Origin: Blastocladiella emersonii ATCC 22665
Lineage: Eukaryota > Fungi > Blastocladiomycota
DNA length: 64,000 nucleotides
Assembly: GCA_025594325.1 (NCBI GenBank)
Contig: JANHCV010000008.1
Span: forward strand, 1,488,001-1,552,000
Direction of reading: 5' to 3'
Shown here: one piece after another, positions 47,345-59,143 of the stretch
Layout: each line of letters begins with the position of its first letter
Numbering within the stretch: the stretch's first letter is position 1
Made by a program: the position numbers and the translations under genes
The notes under the pieces: model-generated
What the model saw: the letters and a program-made list of their open reading frames with translations, nothing else
The model's database searches: none
Told to the model about the DNA's origin: nothing

Positions 47345-48700
47345 TACGTAGCTAGCCTCGCGCCATGGCCAACGTCAAGCTCACGCGCACCCACGTCGGC
47401 CATCAGCTTTGACGCGCCGCGTCTCTCTTGTCAGTTTACGCCGCAGACACAGCCGCAGACACACACGCAGCCGCGTAATTTTCTCCGCGCATCCTCGCCT
47501 TGGCCACCACGATATTGCAAAAGCCGTTGTTCCATGCAGCGATGCTGCGGCAGGCGATCAACCAAAACTGGATTGCAAACAGTACGCGCACGGCGGACGT
47601 GCAACGTATCCGCAAGGCAGCGGCCAGACGCGGCCGGACAGCCGGACTCGGAGCAGTGTCAAGGACGCCAAGCGCGGCCGGCCCTCGAGCGCGCGGCCGC
47701 GAGAGATTACGCGCAGCAGCGAGGTCTTCGCGAGACTAAGGTCGAGGAGCAACGCGATGCACCCCTGCCTCGTATTCGCACACGTTGGCGCGACGTCGCA
47801 CGTCCCCTTCCCCTGACATTGCGCGCTCACCCACCGCTACCACCTTGAACGGTCGGATCGCTTTTGCCTCACGGGCGAGCAACACTCGCCGTGGGCGCTG
47901 CATACTACGCCGACGCGGGCAAGCGGTGACGCCACGGCTGTGACCAAGAAATCGACCCTGCATGTCGGTCGCGGAGCGACTTCGAGCCGGCGAACGCGAC
48001 CCCCAAGCGCGAAGCTGCGTACGACACCGATACAGGCGATCAATGAAGCCGAGCGTATGAGCGAGAAAGCGGCCAAACACATCGGTCGCAGAGCAACTTG
48101 AAGGCGGAGAGCGCAACCCGCTAGCGCGAGGCCGCGGCGCGTGCCCGCTCGCGGAATGAGGTTTGCGGGACCGTGGCTGTCGAGAGGTTCACGGAGTTGA
48201 TCCGCTGCATTAGCTCTCGTGAAAGCATGCTAGGACGACGTCTCAACGCTGCGGCCCTGAGCCCGCGCACTTGAGCGCCGCTACCGCCGTGAGCGGTCGG
48301 ATCGATTTCGCCCCACGAGCAGTCTCCCGCAATGATCGCGGCGCACGGCGCCGATGCAAACGCTCGGTGAAGCTGCGGTCCATGAGCGAGAGAGTGTCCG
48401 AGCGCTGCCGGCAGCGGCGCGGCCTCGCGGCGGCGGCGGCGGCGGATGCGAGCCTGGACCGCGACGCAGCTCAAGTCGGCTTCCAACAAGCTCTCATTAG
48501 GACCGCACGGCGCGCTTGGTTGATGGCATAATGCAGCAAGTCGTTCAGCTTCATGGTTCACGGTTCATGGTTTCTCATAGTTGGGTCGAGAGCCGAGATC
48601 GCCAGCTGGCTCGCCCACCACTTCGCTCACCGCGACAACCACGTTGCAAGAAATCGGCCCCGACCCCGCCCATCCATACATTCCAAACCACTCCTCATCA

Positions 48701-50467
48701 TCATCCGTGCATCTGCTGCTGCCTTGCGGCCTTGAACTTGGACACGCGGCGGGGCGGGGACTGCGTCGTCGCGGTCGCGCTGGCCGGCTGCGCCTGCGCC
48801 GTTCCCGCCACCGTCTCGGCGACGGCGGCGCGCTCGACGACCGCGCCACGGACGGGCCCGACGTCCTCGCGGGCGGGCGCGTCGGGCGACGAGACGACCG
48901 TCGACGCCCCCGAACTACTCCCCGCATCCCCACCACCACGCACGATCCGCGCATTTCCCACGGCCTCGCCATCACGCAGCACCGGCGTCTCCCCATCCTC
49001 GCCCTGGGTCCACGCAAACTCCTCGCCGGCGACGAGCGAGTCCCAGCGCGGGGTATCCTGCGGGACCGCGTGGGCGGCGACGTCGTAGACGGTGCGCGAG
49101 AAGCTCTTGTGTGGGGTCTCCGGGTCGGCGGTGGTCGGGTCGGCGCGCGCCATGAGCTGCGAGACGAGATGCGACTTGCGCGCGTGGTACGCCGCGGCGA
49201 TCTCGCGGCGGTGCATGGCGTCTTCGACGGCGCCCTCGTCGAACTCGGTTGCGGGCGGGGTGCGTTCGACGACGTCGCCCGTGACGGCGGGTCCGCGGGC
49301 GGCGGGTTTGGCCTGGCGGGCGAGCGTGGCCGAGGAGAAGGACGGCGGCGGGGGCGGGGGCAGCGGGGAGTCGCGCTCGACGACGTCCGGCATCACGGTG
49401 AACGCCTGGCGCACGGGCAGGGGTTCGCGGTCGTCGCCGCTCCACTCGTCGTCGTCGTCCTCGTCGTCATCGCCCTCGGAATCGGTCTCGCCGGCGGTAT
49501 CGGCCTCGTCGAGGGCGAACCGGACGTGGCGCGCGGACCCCGCGCTGTTGAGGCTGCCGGTGGACCCGGCGCGGTCGCGCGCTCCAATCGCCCCGTTGAG
49601 CGAGGAGAAGGACGGGGTCTGCTTGAGGCTCGACTTGCGCGGGCGGAGGGCCGGGTCAACGACGGGCGCGGGCGCCGGGGCGGGGACGGCGGGTGGCGAC
49701 GAAATACTTGCGCGCGACACAGGCTCCTCCCCCTCCTCCTCCTCCTCCTCGTCGGGCAGCGACGCGAACAGGTTGTCGAGGTACTTGCGGTCCTTGTTGG
49801 ACGCGACGGCGCGCTGGGCGCGGTCGAGGAGGCGTGCGGCGTCGGCGAGCGCACGCGCCTTCTGCGCGGGGTGCACGTTGGCGGCGGCGGCGGCGATGGT
49901 GGCGGGGGCCGTGTACGCCTCGTGGATCGCCTGGAACGGCAGGCCCTCCTCGTTGAGCTCGACCGAGCCATCGACGATGCCGGCGGCGGAGGCGGGGGTG
50001 AGGGTGCCGAGCGGCGCGTGCGGCGGCGGCGGCGGCGGCGGGACGGCGTTGGGCGGGAGGTGCAGCGGGGTTCCCACATCGTCCTCCTCCTCCTCTTCCT
50101 CTTCCTCAGCGGCAGGCGCAGCGGGTGCGTCCTCGCCGAGCACGGCGCGCGCCTCGTGGAGCTTCTCGTCAATCAGGGCGATACGGCGGTCGACGATCTC
50201 GACGGCCTGGGCCGCGGACCGCTCGACGAACCAGTTGTCGCCCAGGAGCACGGTGATCTCGTTGGTGTGGACGAGGGTGCCGGGCATGAAGGCGAGCGGG
50301 CCGAGCGGGACCATGACCGGGTGCGCCGTCTTGGCCGGCAGCGCGGCGAGTGTCGGGCGCAGCGCCGCGTAGTCGTCGCGGAACCCCGCCCACTGCGCGA
50401 GCGTCGCCGCGGCCGACTGGCGCGCGCGCGCGTCGGGGCCGTGTGTAGTCGGAGAAGGTTGATTCAT
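48701..50467 (-). CDS. URI1: Unconventional prefoldin RPB5 interactor (URI/Bud27), 588 aa
   Basis: Alpha-prefoldin core VMVPLGPLAFMPGTLVHTNEITVLLGDNWFVERSAAQAVEIVDRR, acidic tracts, C-terminal RRVSKFKAAR. True start taken as ATG 50467, not the ORF-track start at 51322. Confidence 0.92.
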   Translation of the reverse strand: MNQPSPTTHGPDARARQSAAATLAQWAGFRDDYAALRPTLAALPAKTAHPVMVPLGPLAFMPGTLVHTNEITVLLGDNWFVERSAAQAVEIVDRRIALIDEKLHEARAVLGEDAPAAPAAEEEEEEEEDDVGTPLHLPPNAVPPPPPPPHAPLGTLTPASAAGIVDGSVELNEEGLPFQAIHEAYTAPATIAAAAANVHPAQKARALADAARLLDRAQRAVASNKDRKYLDNLFASLPDEEEEEEGEEPVSRASISSPPAVPAPAPAPVVDPALRPRKSSLKQTPSFSSLNGAIGARDRAGSTGSLNSAGSARHVRFALDEADTAGETDSEGDDDEDDDDEWSGDDREPLPVRQAFTVMPDVVERDSPLPPPPPPSFSSATLARQAKPAARGPAVTGDVVERTPPATEFDEGAVEDAMHRREIAAAYHARKSHLVSQLMARADPTTADPETPHKSFSRTVYDVAAHAVPQDTPRWDSLVAGEEFAWTQGEDGETPVLRDGEAVGNARIVRGGGDAGSSSGASTVVSSPDAPAREDVGPVRGAVVERAAVAETVAGTAQAQPASATATTQSPPRRVSKFKAARQQQMHG

Positions 50468-50658
50468 TGCGACCAGTGGCGTGGGGAGAGGGAACGGGGA
50501 GAGCGGGAGGGAGGATGAGAGCGAACTCTGACGGGAAGGCGGGCGGCCGGCCGATCGCTCGGAGACCGCGTCAGGTGACCCGACGGCGCGTCTTTCGTCG
50601 CGTCTCTGTCTCTCTCCTGTTCGGTTGCATCCCCTCCATGTAAGCGCTGAGAGAAAAC
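50468..50658. promoter_or_regulatory. ~190-bp bidirectional promoter between URI and the Reeler-like gene
   Basis: Divergent ATGs at 50467 and 50659; purine-rich and pyrimidine-rich tracts on opposite sides. Confidence 0.6.
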
Positions 50659-51272
50659 ATGATCGGCTGGATGAACCTGGTGCTCGCCGCCGTTCTGGCG
50701 CTGGCCCCACTCCTGGCCGCGGGGTTTTCGGGCAGCCTCTCGTTCTGCGAGACGACCGGTCCGTCGCTCTGCCTTGCAACTGCCCTCCCGGCCAACACTC
50801 GCTCCATGTAGAGCAGGACATGGTGAGCGACATGGGCGGCCGCGGCTCGTCAGCGCTCGGCTTCGCCCTGCAGACCACCAACGCGACGTCCAACGGGACT
50901 CTGACCACCATCGCCCTCCTCGCGACGGACCCAGCCTCCCAACTCCTGCGCGGCCTGCTCCTGTGGGCGACCGACGCCGACGCCAAGCGCGTCGGGACGT
51001 GGAAGCTGCGCGACGGGAGTGCCGGGTACACGCTCGTCGACGCGTGCTCCGGCGGCGCCGTCTCGCACACGTCGTCGGCCGCCAAGTCGTTTGCGGCGGG
51101 CGCGGCGACGAAGCCTGACGGGTTCGTGCTCACGGTGCCTGCGGGTGCCAAGGCGCCCGTCGTGGTTCGCGCGGTCGCGGTTGGGGAGGCGAGGAGCAAG
51201 TGGCAGGTCGTGCAGCCGGTCGCGGTGGCGGGTACGGTTGACGTGCTCGGGGGAAGCGGTGAAGGGGGCTGA
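50659..51272 (+). CDS. Secreted Reeler-domain-like protein, join(50659..50758,50812..51272), 186 aa
   Basis: Hydrophobic signal peptide; 53-nt intron restores the frame; RGLLLWA..RVGTW..C..VSHTS pattern. Confidence 0.65.
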
Positions 51273-51552
51273 AGGGGCTGTGTAGTGCTTGGGACCGTGC
51301 CCAACACGACCACCAACAACAACTCGACGACGCCGTCGAGCGCGACCCGGCCGTGGGCTCCGCCTCCTGCGCTTCTTGCCGTAATCGTGGCCGGGCTCTT
51401 GACTCTATAGACTCGCCTTCTTCTGCTCCCTGTTCTGCTCCCCCTGAGTTCCCGCGCGAGCGACGCGTTGCCGCGATGGGCGGGACGCGGTCACCTGATT
51501 CTTCGCGATCGACCCGCCTCCTCCCCCGCTCCCCCCACCCCATGCACACACC

Positions 51553-53052
51553 ATGAAAAAGCCGTTCGCACCACCTGCAACCCACACTCAGACCTCGGGC
51601 GCATCCTCCTCCGCGGTCGGCCCGTCCGCGCTGCCGCCCCTCGCGCGCGCGCCGACGCGCCCCCACCGCCCGGCCACTCCCCCGCCACCCACTCAGCCCA
51701 CGTCGACGACCGCGCTCTCGGCCGTCTTCCTGCTGCAGGGCGTCGGCATGCTGTTCCCGTGGAACGCGCTGATCTCGGCCCCCGACTTCTTCCGCGCGAA
51801 GCTCGACGGGTCGCGGTTCGCGCACTCGTTCGAGAACTGGTTCTCCGTCACGTTCCTCGTCGTGAATCTCGCCACCATGGCAGTCGCGCTTGCGCCCGTG
51901 TCGCCGCGCACCGACCGGATGTTGGCGGTGGGCTCGTTTGCGGTGAATGCGGGCGTGTTTGTTCTCTTGCTCGCGATTGCCGTCGGGTTTCTCGGGGTGA
52001 ACCCGGAGCTCGTGTTTGGCGTCGTGCTGGCGGGCGTCGCGGCGAGCGGCAGCGCGACGGCGCTTGTCCAGACGCACCTGTTTGCCGTCGCGAGCCGGGT
52101 CAAGGGGGCTGCGTACACTAGCATGGTACGCTTTCCCCATCAACTCACTCGCACGGCGACTTACTCGAACCCGCACACCTAGCTCCTCGTCGGCCAGGCC
52201 GTCTCGGGCGTGACCATCTGCCTGGTCCAGCTCGCCCTCCAACTGGCCCACGTCGAGCCCAAACCCGCCGCCGTCTTCTACTTTTCGTCCGCCATCGTCG
52301 TCGTCCTCGCCTGCCTCCTGCTCTACCTCCCGCTCGGCAAGGCCGTCGCCGCTACCGAGATGCCCGACTCGGACGACGAGGGGGACGACGACGACGACGA
52401 CGCGTCCTCGCTCGCTACCTCGTCCATCACCGAGCACCACACCCTCTTAACGGGAACCGACCTGGTGACCCGCCGCCTCGCCCTGTTCCGCGCCGCGCAG
52501 CCGTACGTGTGGGCCGTGGTCCTCGACTTTACCGTCTCGCTCGCGCTGTTCCCGGGCTTCACGTCGCTGCTCCGCGCGACTTCCGGGACCCAGTCGACCT
52601 TCACCGCGGCCGCCTTCCTCGTCTTCAACCTCGGCGACACCCTCGGCCGCGTGCTCCCGTCGCTCCTGTCCCGCATCTCCCCCGTTTTTGGGGAAGGCGG
52701 CGCCGCGTTCAATTCGCGCACGCTGATCGCGGCCTCGCTCGCCCGGTTCGCTTTCCTGCCCGCGTTTCTCCTCCTCCCGCTCATCGACAGCGTGCGCAAG
52801 AACCCGCTCGTCCCGACGTGGACCGGCGCGCCGCCCGCGGTCGTGCTGCTGATGATCGGGGCGTTGGCCGCCACGTCGGGGATGGTGCCCACGCTCGCGC
52901 TCGCGGGGGCGGCGAATGTGGAGGTCGCGGGGAGAGCGATTTCGGCGGCGGACCGCGGGGTTGTGGGGAGGATTATGACGTTTGCGATGTTGCTGGGGCT
53001 CGCAGCGGGTGCGGGCTTTGGGTTTGTCGTGGTGGGTGCCGCGACGGTGTAA
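51553..53052 (+). CDS. Equilibrative nucleoside transporter (SLC29/Fun26 family), join(51553..52125,52183..53052), 480 aa
   Basis: GVGMLFPWNALISAPDFF, VGQAVSG, FTVSLALFPG and FNLGDTLGR motifs; about 11 hydrophobic segments; 57-nt phase-0 intron. Confidence 0.92.
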
Positions 53053-53325
53053 ATATACGAGATCGCATGGCTTTGATGGTGAAGGGAGACGGTGCGCTCG
53101 CGAGCAAGGTCGGGACGCGCCGCGAAATCACGCGCGGGACGCGTGCGCGTCCCGCAACTCTCGCGTGGGTGCAGAGTCCCCCGCCCGCCCGCTCTCCCGT
53201 CCCGCGAACTGAATGTAACCCATGCAACCACCCGCCGACCTCCCGCTATTTGTGCTTGAGAACACACTCGCGCTCGCCGCCCCGCGGCCGATGCTACCCG
53301 CGCAGTGAAAAAGGTTTGACTATAT

Positions 53326-53510
53326 CACTTTGGGGCGGTCACTAAGTCTCGGCGCTAAGGGTCGCAAAGTGGCTTAGGGCGGCCAAAGGGTCGCTAGGGG
53401 TCGCTAAGGGAGGGGAGACTTTGCGCGGCGGGACAAAGGTACTTTGAGCGGCGAGCGAACTTTGGGGCAGCGCAAAGCGGCTTAGCGTGTCCGCGACAAA
53501 GTCGCTTAGT
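53326..53510. mobile_element. Probable DNA-transposon terminus with subterminal repeat array (CACTA/EnSpm-like)
   Basis: Begins CACT; caaagNNgcttag x3 (53365, 53473, 53497), actttggggc x2, gtcgcta(a/g)ggg x2, in both orientations. No matching other end found. Confidence 0.5.
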
Positions 53511-53671
53511 CTCACTCTGCTGAGGGCCGGCGGCGGTCGCGCCCGCTCAGTCTCGTCGTGCTGCTCAGAGTCCGTTGGGCGTGGTGTAGGAACCGACTAT
53601 TACTACGATCCATCACTCGATCATCTCAATCATCACCATCACCACCGTCGTCGCTGTCCTCCTCGCCACGG

Positions 53672-54862
53672 TTACCGCGGCCGTGGCCGCCGCTGCGGCC
53701 CGTTGTGCCGGCCCCACGCTCGTCGAGCGGCTCCATGTTCGGGTCGCCTGCGCCGGCCGTCTCGAGCTCGCCGCGCTGCGGGATCAGGTACGAGCGAAAC
53801 GATCCAGACAGTCTCGTTCGGAGCGGGTGCCCTGTCGGCCGCCGGCGGTGGCCGCTGCTCGTCAGGGCACACGCACACGCGGTCGCGAAGAGCGCGGACC
53901 GGTACGACGATCGGCTGCGCGACGGGGACGTAGCACGCGCGGCCAAGGCCCGCCGTCTCCGCTCGCGCCTTGTCCTGCGCGCTGAGCCGGCGGTGGTCCA
54001 CCGGGTACACGGCGATCGGCCACAGCGCAGCGAACACGACGCCGCCGAGCTCGAAAAGGTCGGAGATGTAGCCAAAAATTGACGACATGGCCGGGTCCGC
54101 GTCCGCGTTAGGCACCACAAAGCGCGCGGAGCGCGGCAGCGCGGGGAATGCACCAGGAACCGCAAACACCGCGTTGGCCACCGTCGTTGGGATCACGGTG
54201 CGGACGACGGCGTCCTTGCTGCACTGCAGTGGAACACCGGACCGCGTCGCCGAGTGGAACACGGACCCGGCGGTCGCGGAAGGCCTGCGGTTGAGCACCA
54301 TGCCGTCAAGTCGCAGCATGCGGATGAACCACGAGTACCCGGCCGAGGAGGTCGTAGCGGCCGATCCATCGGGCTCGCGGAGCACCGCACGCGCAAACGC
54401 CTTGAACGCCGTGGCGAGGTGGTTGGGGAGCAGGCGCGCGCGCGTGCTCCGGTGCTCGACGAGGGCGTCGCCCGAGTCCGACCCCCGTCGACCGGGCAGC
54501 AGCGTAGCGACGCGCGGCTTGGCGGTCACGGCGGCGCGGATCGTCTGGTCGAGCCGCTGCATGCGGCCGAAGCTTGACGGCTTCCAGATCCGGCATGTCG
54601 CGGCCGCCCGGCAGGCGGGACTTGATACCGCGCACGGGCCACGGAGCGCCCTCAACGGTTCATTGGAGTAGGGGATCGTGACGCAGAGCTTGACTTTATT
54701 CGCGTCCTCAACCGTGTACGGCGTCCAGCAGGCGCGGCACTGCGGCAGCCTGCCGATGCATACGCTCATGGCCGCGCGACGGCGGAAGAATGGGCGACGG
54801 TCGCGCGTCGGAAGGCGGAGCGCGGCGAGAGCCGGATGGCCGCTGGCATCGTCGCGGGTCAA
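53672..54862 (-). pseudogene. Possible C-terminal remnant of a CACTA (Tnp2-type) transposase-like protein
   Basis: WFIRMLRLDG..., IFGYISDLF..VFAAL.., CY..QPIVVPVRALRDRVCVCP resemble the C-terminal pattern of fungal CACTA proteins; points toward the repeat array; no catalytic core seen. Confidence 0.35.
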
Positions 54863-55228
54863 ACGGGGCCCTGCGCTTCCCGATGCCCTTGGCGTTGTTC
54901 ATGGTGTCGATGCATAGTTTGCAGCAAGTGGTGGTGCATTCGGTCGACAAGTGTGTCGGCGGCGGGGGCTCGGTGGGGAGAAGCGGCTGGCTGGCGAGGT
55001 GAGCGGCGCGTCGCGTTTCGGGGCCGCGCCAACGCCAAGTCCCGGCGGACTCTGCCGTTTTCACCGCGCCCTCGGCTACCCGCGGGCTCTCGCTCCCCCG
55101 TCGCGACTACGGAAACCATGAAACCACGTATTTGAGCTCTCCCAATTCTTGCAACGCACGCAGCACACGCACCGGCGACTGGACCAACCACGGCCGAACA
55201 GGCCTTCGTGGACTTTACGCAGCGTCAT

Positions 55229-56416
55229 GCGCGACGAGCTACCGCCTCTCGTCGCGGCTTCCGTCGCCGAATCGGTCGACGACGCGGTTGCACCACTCGG
55301 AGAGCAGGCTCACGGGCGGGGCCGACCATGTCGCCGCCGCGGGCGCCCAGGCGCTCGAGCTCACTCAACTCGGAGCGGAAGAGCTCAAGTCCTTCCCCTC
55401 GCGCGTCCTGACCCGCGTCGTGGAGCGCACCGGCGCCGATGCAGACGAGCAGCGCAAGCAGACGCTTAAGACCAAAAGGTGGAGCGCCGTGCCAAGAAGT
55501 ACTTGGACGCGGCGCATCGCGAGGCCGAGAGCGCCAAGTCGCGGGGATCGCACCACGGTCCCGCGTTCGTGACGCGCATCAAGGCGAGCGCCAAAGGTCG
55601 CGCGGCCGCCACTTCCTCGGCCGTGCGGGACGCCGCTCGGTCGCCCTTTGTTCTGCGCACCTGGGCCGCCCGCATCATCCGCTCGGTGACCCTGGAAACT
55701 TACATTGGCGACAGCAGCGAAAGCGGGCTCGAGCTCGACGACACGTACCCAGGCTCGCGCCAGCTGCAGATGCCGTTCGTCTGGTACCTCAAGACGCGGT
55801 TTGACGGCACAATGCGCGACGGGTCGTGCGGCGGCGGCGACGTGCGGGCGCACCCGTTTTCGGCGCCGGTTCTCGCGTACATCTACCGGCCCGCGCAGCC
55901 GCGGAGCGGGCCAGTTGTTCAGGCGTTACACCCGTTCGCCGACGCGCCGCCGGGCTCGCTGCATGCGTCGTTCGGGCTGCGAGCGGTGCCCGAGGGCCTC
56001 GGGTGTCGTGAAGTCCGCACGCAGAGCCTTCAGCGACAAGCGCGGAAACCGCGGGAATTGGTCGCGTTGTGGCGAAGCTTGTGGTCAAGGTGCCCGAGTT
56101 TGTTGTGCGCACGTTTAATCCGCGCGCGATCCTGGTTCCGTGGGTCTTCGTGCTTCTCGAGCCGCTGGTTGATCGCAGCTCTCTCGCTAATCGAATCTCC
56201 AATCATGCGGACGATGCGCTTTACAACGCTGTTGAGAACGGCGAGTACGCGTTCGCGCGAGCGTTGGTCCGCGTCCGTACGCCGTCAGCCGCGGTTCGTC
56301 GTGAGATCCGTGCACTTTATTGTTCCAGTGAGCTTGGCGACGCGGGCGAGGTATTAGAGAGCGCTGTTCGCGGCTTGCCCGACGTGATTGAAGAGGTTGA
56401 GCGGTCATCTCAATAG
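55229..56416 (+). pseudogene. Frameshifted ORF of unknown function
   Basis: Three successive protein-like frames (55132, 55479, 56069) linked by apparent frameshifts. Confidence 0.35.
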
Positions 56417-57053
56417 ACTACTAGTTCCTGCAATCAAGAGTTTCCCTAAGAGAGCGCGAAGCGATGGAGGTCGTCGTGACAGAAGGCGTGTGTCAACTAA
56501 CTCCTAGCGCAACAAGTCGCCGTAGGATCGGTCGCTAACGGCGATGACCGCCATGAGTTGCTGCTGACCACGACGGCCGCAGTAGTCATGGCCGGAGTCC
56601 GTTGTCACTGTACTTGGGGATGATGATGTAGTGGGGAAAACGGGAGCCGATTCCCAAGCTTGATGAGCATGGACCTGTGATCGATCCATATCGGACATTT
56701 GTCACTGCGCATTAATTTGGACGGGCTCTAGCGAGCCTCGCAATGACAACGCCATCCCCGGCGGTCTGTGAGGAACCGCGGCATTTGATTTTGCATCTTC
56801 TTTTGACATTTGAGCCTTTTAAGCGCGCTTATTTGGGTTCTTTTCGAAACGCACGCGGTGTGTGCCTGGGAGAAAAAAGACGCGTCTCGCGTGCGTCTCT
56901 CAACGACTCGGCCGAAGTGGGGGACGCGTCGCACCACCACCTGCCTTACGCTTTCGCCTCACCGCGATGCCAAATTTAGCCTCGACTCGCTTGAGCTGAG
57001 CTGAGCTCGGCGGTGCTGAGCGCGGCGGCGGTGCGCGGAGAGCAAAGTCGATG

Positions 57054-57076
57054 GACGCGACGGGAAATCATGTGAC
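57054..57076 (+). promoter_or_regulatory. Bipartite motif GACGCG-N7-ATCATGTGAC, 78 bp upstream of L4
   Basis: GACGCG ACGGGAA ATCATGTGAC; ATG at 57154. Confidence 0.7.
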
Positions 57077-57153
57077 CGGGGTGAGACAATCGAAGAGGCC
57101 GCGATCGCGCTCGAAGCGCCACGCTCCCTGCTCCCTAGCAATGGCATGACGCC

Positions 57154-58925
57154 ATGCAAACACATGTAACTTGTCGCAACTTGAACTTGAGCATCCCGCA
57201 CATCGTTGAGCGCGTTCTGTGCTACGCCGTCGAGGCGCACGACGACCCGAACAATCTGACGGGCCCTGCGCAGTACGCGCGCGTCATGCGACGGGCCGAC
57301 GTCCCAGCCGTTATCCGCACCATCTTGCTCCGTTGCCCGCTGCTTTCCATGGACGAGGCGAGCAGACGCGGAAACGTCGCTTTGCTTGACCTGTGGCTCG
57401 AGTCGCAGCTTCCCTTGTACTATACGGCCGAGGCGCTGGAAGGTGCAGGCCGTGCATTGCAGTTCCAGGCCTTGAATTGGTGGCGCGACTCGGGGCTTCC
57501 CCTTCCGCTGTACACAAATCGATACGGCCCTATACAGCCGAATAAAGCTGTCAAAGGCATTTTGGGGGCTTCCCTCGTTACTCAGAACGTTCACGGCACA
57601 AAGAACGTGTTTTTTGTGCTGTTCTTTTCGTGTGAAGGGATTCAAAAGCAGAATCTCACCCCTCGGGCGGCGGGGCGCCTTTGTAACTGCCGCCTAACAC
57701 GGACCCCGGCGACAACGACATACTTGAGAAGCACTCTTGGCTCCTTCGATGGAGTTTCACAACCGATCTTGTTCGGATTTCGAGTGGTCGCTTGACGGCC
57801 GTCGGAATCTCGGCCATCAACGAGTTTCTCACCTCTGTACATGGTCAATCGGTGGATACCATGATCTTTGCCCCGTGCAACATGACGGTTGCCGGCGCTC
57901 GGTCACTTCGACTTACGGATCGTGTTCGTTCGCTTTCATTCACATATATGCGCCATGATTTGCCGCTCGAGGCTCCGAGGAATGAATCGCTTCCGCCGGG
58001 GCCGTCGTTTCCCGCTTCCATCACAAGCCTGAATTTCAGTCGGTCCTGGATCGATCGTCGCTGTGACGTGGACTTCGGCAGCCTGATTCCGGCCAAGCTC
58101 GAGTCGCTGACCTTCACCGAGTACAACTTTTCTCTGCTCCCCAGCTCGACCGCCTTCTTCGCCTACTTCCCGGAAACGCTCCACACGCTTCACTTGGAGC
58201 GGTGCTCGTTCGGGCGCGACTTGGCTTCCAATGCTATTCAAGCGAGTCCAGTCTTTGCCGCCTTGGTCCGCTCGCTTCACCGATCGATCAAGTCCGTTAA
58301 ATTGGCTTCGTGCGGGTTGACCTCGGCCGATATTCAAGTACTCGTACCACGACTTCCCTCCGTGCTACAGGATCTCGACCTCTCTGGCAACAAGCCTGCT
58401 AGCGGCACGGTTCGGTTCCTGGTGCCGTATATCTCTCCACCACGCTTCGCTCGATAGACCTCGAGTCCTGGGTGCTCAACGAAGTCGATCTCGTGTACCT
58501 TGCGCGCGCTCTCCCGCGTCAACTCCACACAGATAAGCTCTCAAGCAGTACCAACGACAAGATGGTCATTCTCGTGCAAGCTCCAGCTCGACGGGGATTC
58601 GTCCTCGCTTTGGGAAACTTGCCGAAACTTTGCCACGTTTGGCTGAGCGATCTGGGCATCAACGACGACGACCTCGCGCTACTGCTCTCCTTGCTACCCA
58701 AGCGCCTCGACTCGCTTGTCGTGCACTTCAACCCGATCACCGATGCGAGCCTCCGACCCTTGCTTGACTTTGCTAACGCGCGATCTCGAAAGGTGAAGTT
58801 ATGCATCAGCGACACCGAGCTTTCGAAGAGTGCCATAGCGAGGAGGAAGCGGTGCAGGAAACTGGCCATGGACGACTCGACCGACGATTTCCGCGCGGTT
58901 GAAGCCATACTTGGGATTAATAAAC
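57154..58925 (+). pseudogene. LRR family copy L4
   Basis: IPHIVERVLCYAV...SMDEASRRGNVALLDLW...LNWW N-terminus; LRRs in frames 57792 and 58472; frameshift near 58440. Confidence 0.75.
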
Positions 58926-58997
58926 TCACATTTGCCTCTACGAGGTTGGGAGCTCTCAACGAAGGCAGGTCTCGCCCTCGCGCGAGGACACACGGAC

Positions 58998-59020
58998 GAC
59001 GCGACGAGAAATCATGTGAT
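58998..59020 (+). promoter_or_regulatory. Bipartite motif GACGCG-N7-ATCATGTGAT, 124 bp upstream of the SNF2-like gene
   Basis: GACGCG ACGAGAA ATCATGTGAT; ATG at 59144. Confidence 0.7.
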
Positions 59021-59143
59021 GCAAGAAGGGGGGAAATGCGTCGCCGCTCCGCGCACTCCTCCGCTCCCCCAGCCCCCATATTCACCCTCTAACGCATCGA
59101 ATGAACTAACTAGACTTGCTGCAACGAAATCAGCATTGCTATT

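Noticed and set aside
48581-50518. 645-aa plus-strand ORF (likewise 21751..23124, 19507..20439, 51130..52440, 52323..53267)
   Set aside because: Antisense shadows of GC3-biased genes; low-complexity Arg/Gly/Ala translations.
50468-51322. 285-aa N-terminal extension of URI in the ORF track
   Set aside because: It overlaps the Reeler-like gene antisense; prefoldin homology starts just after ATG 50467.
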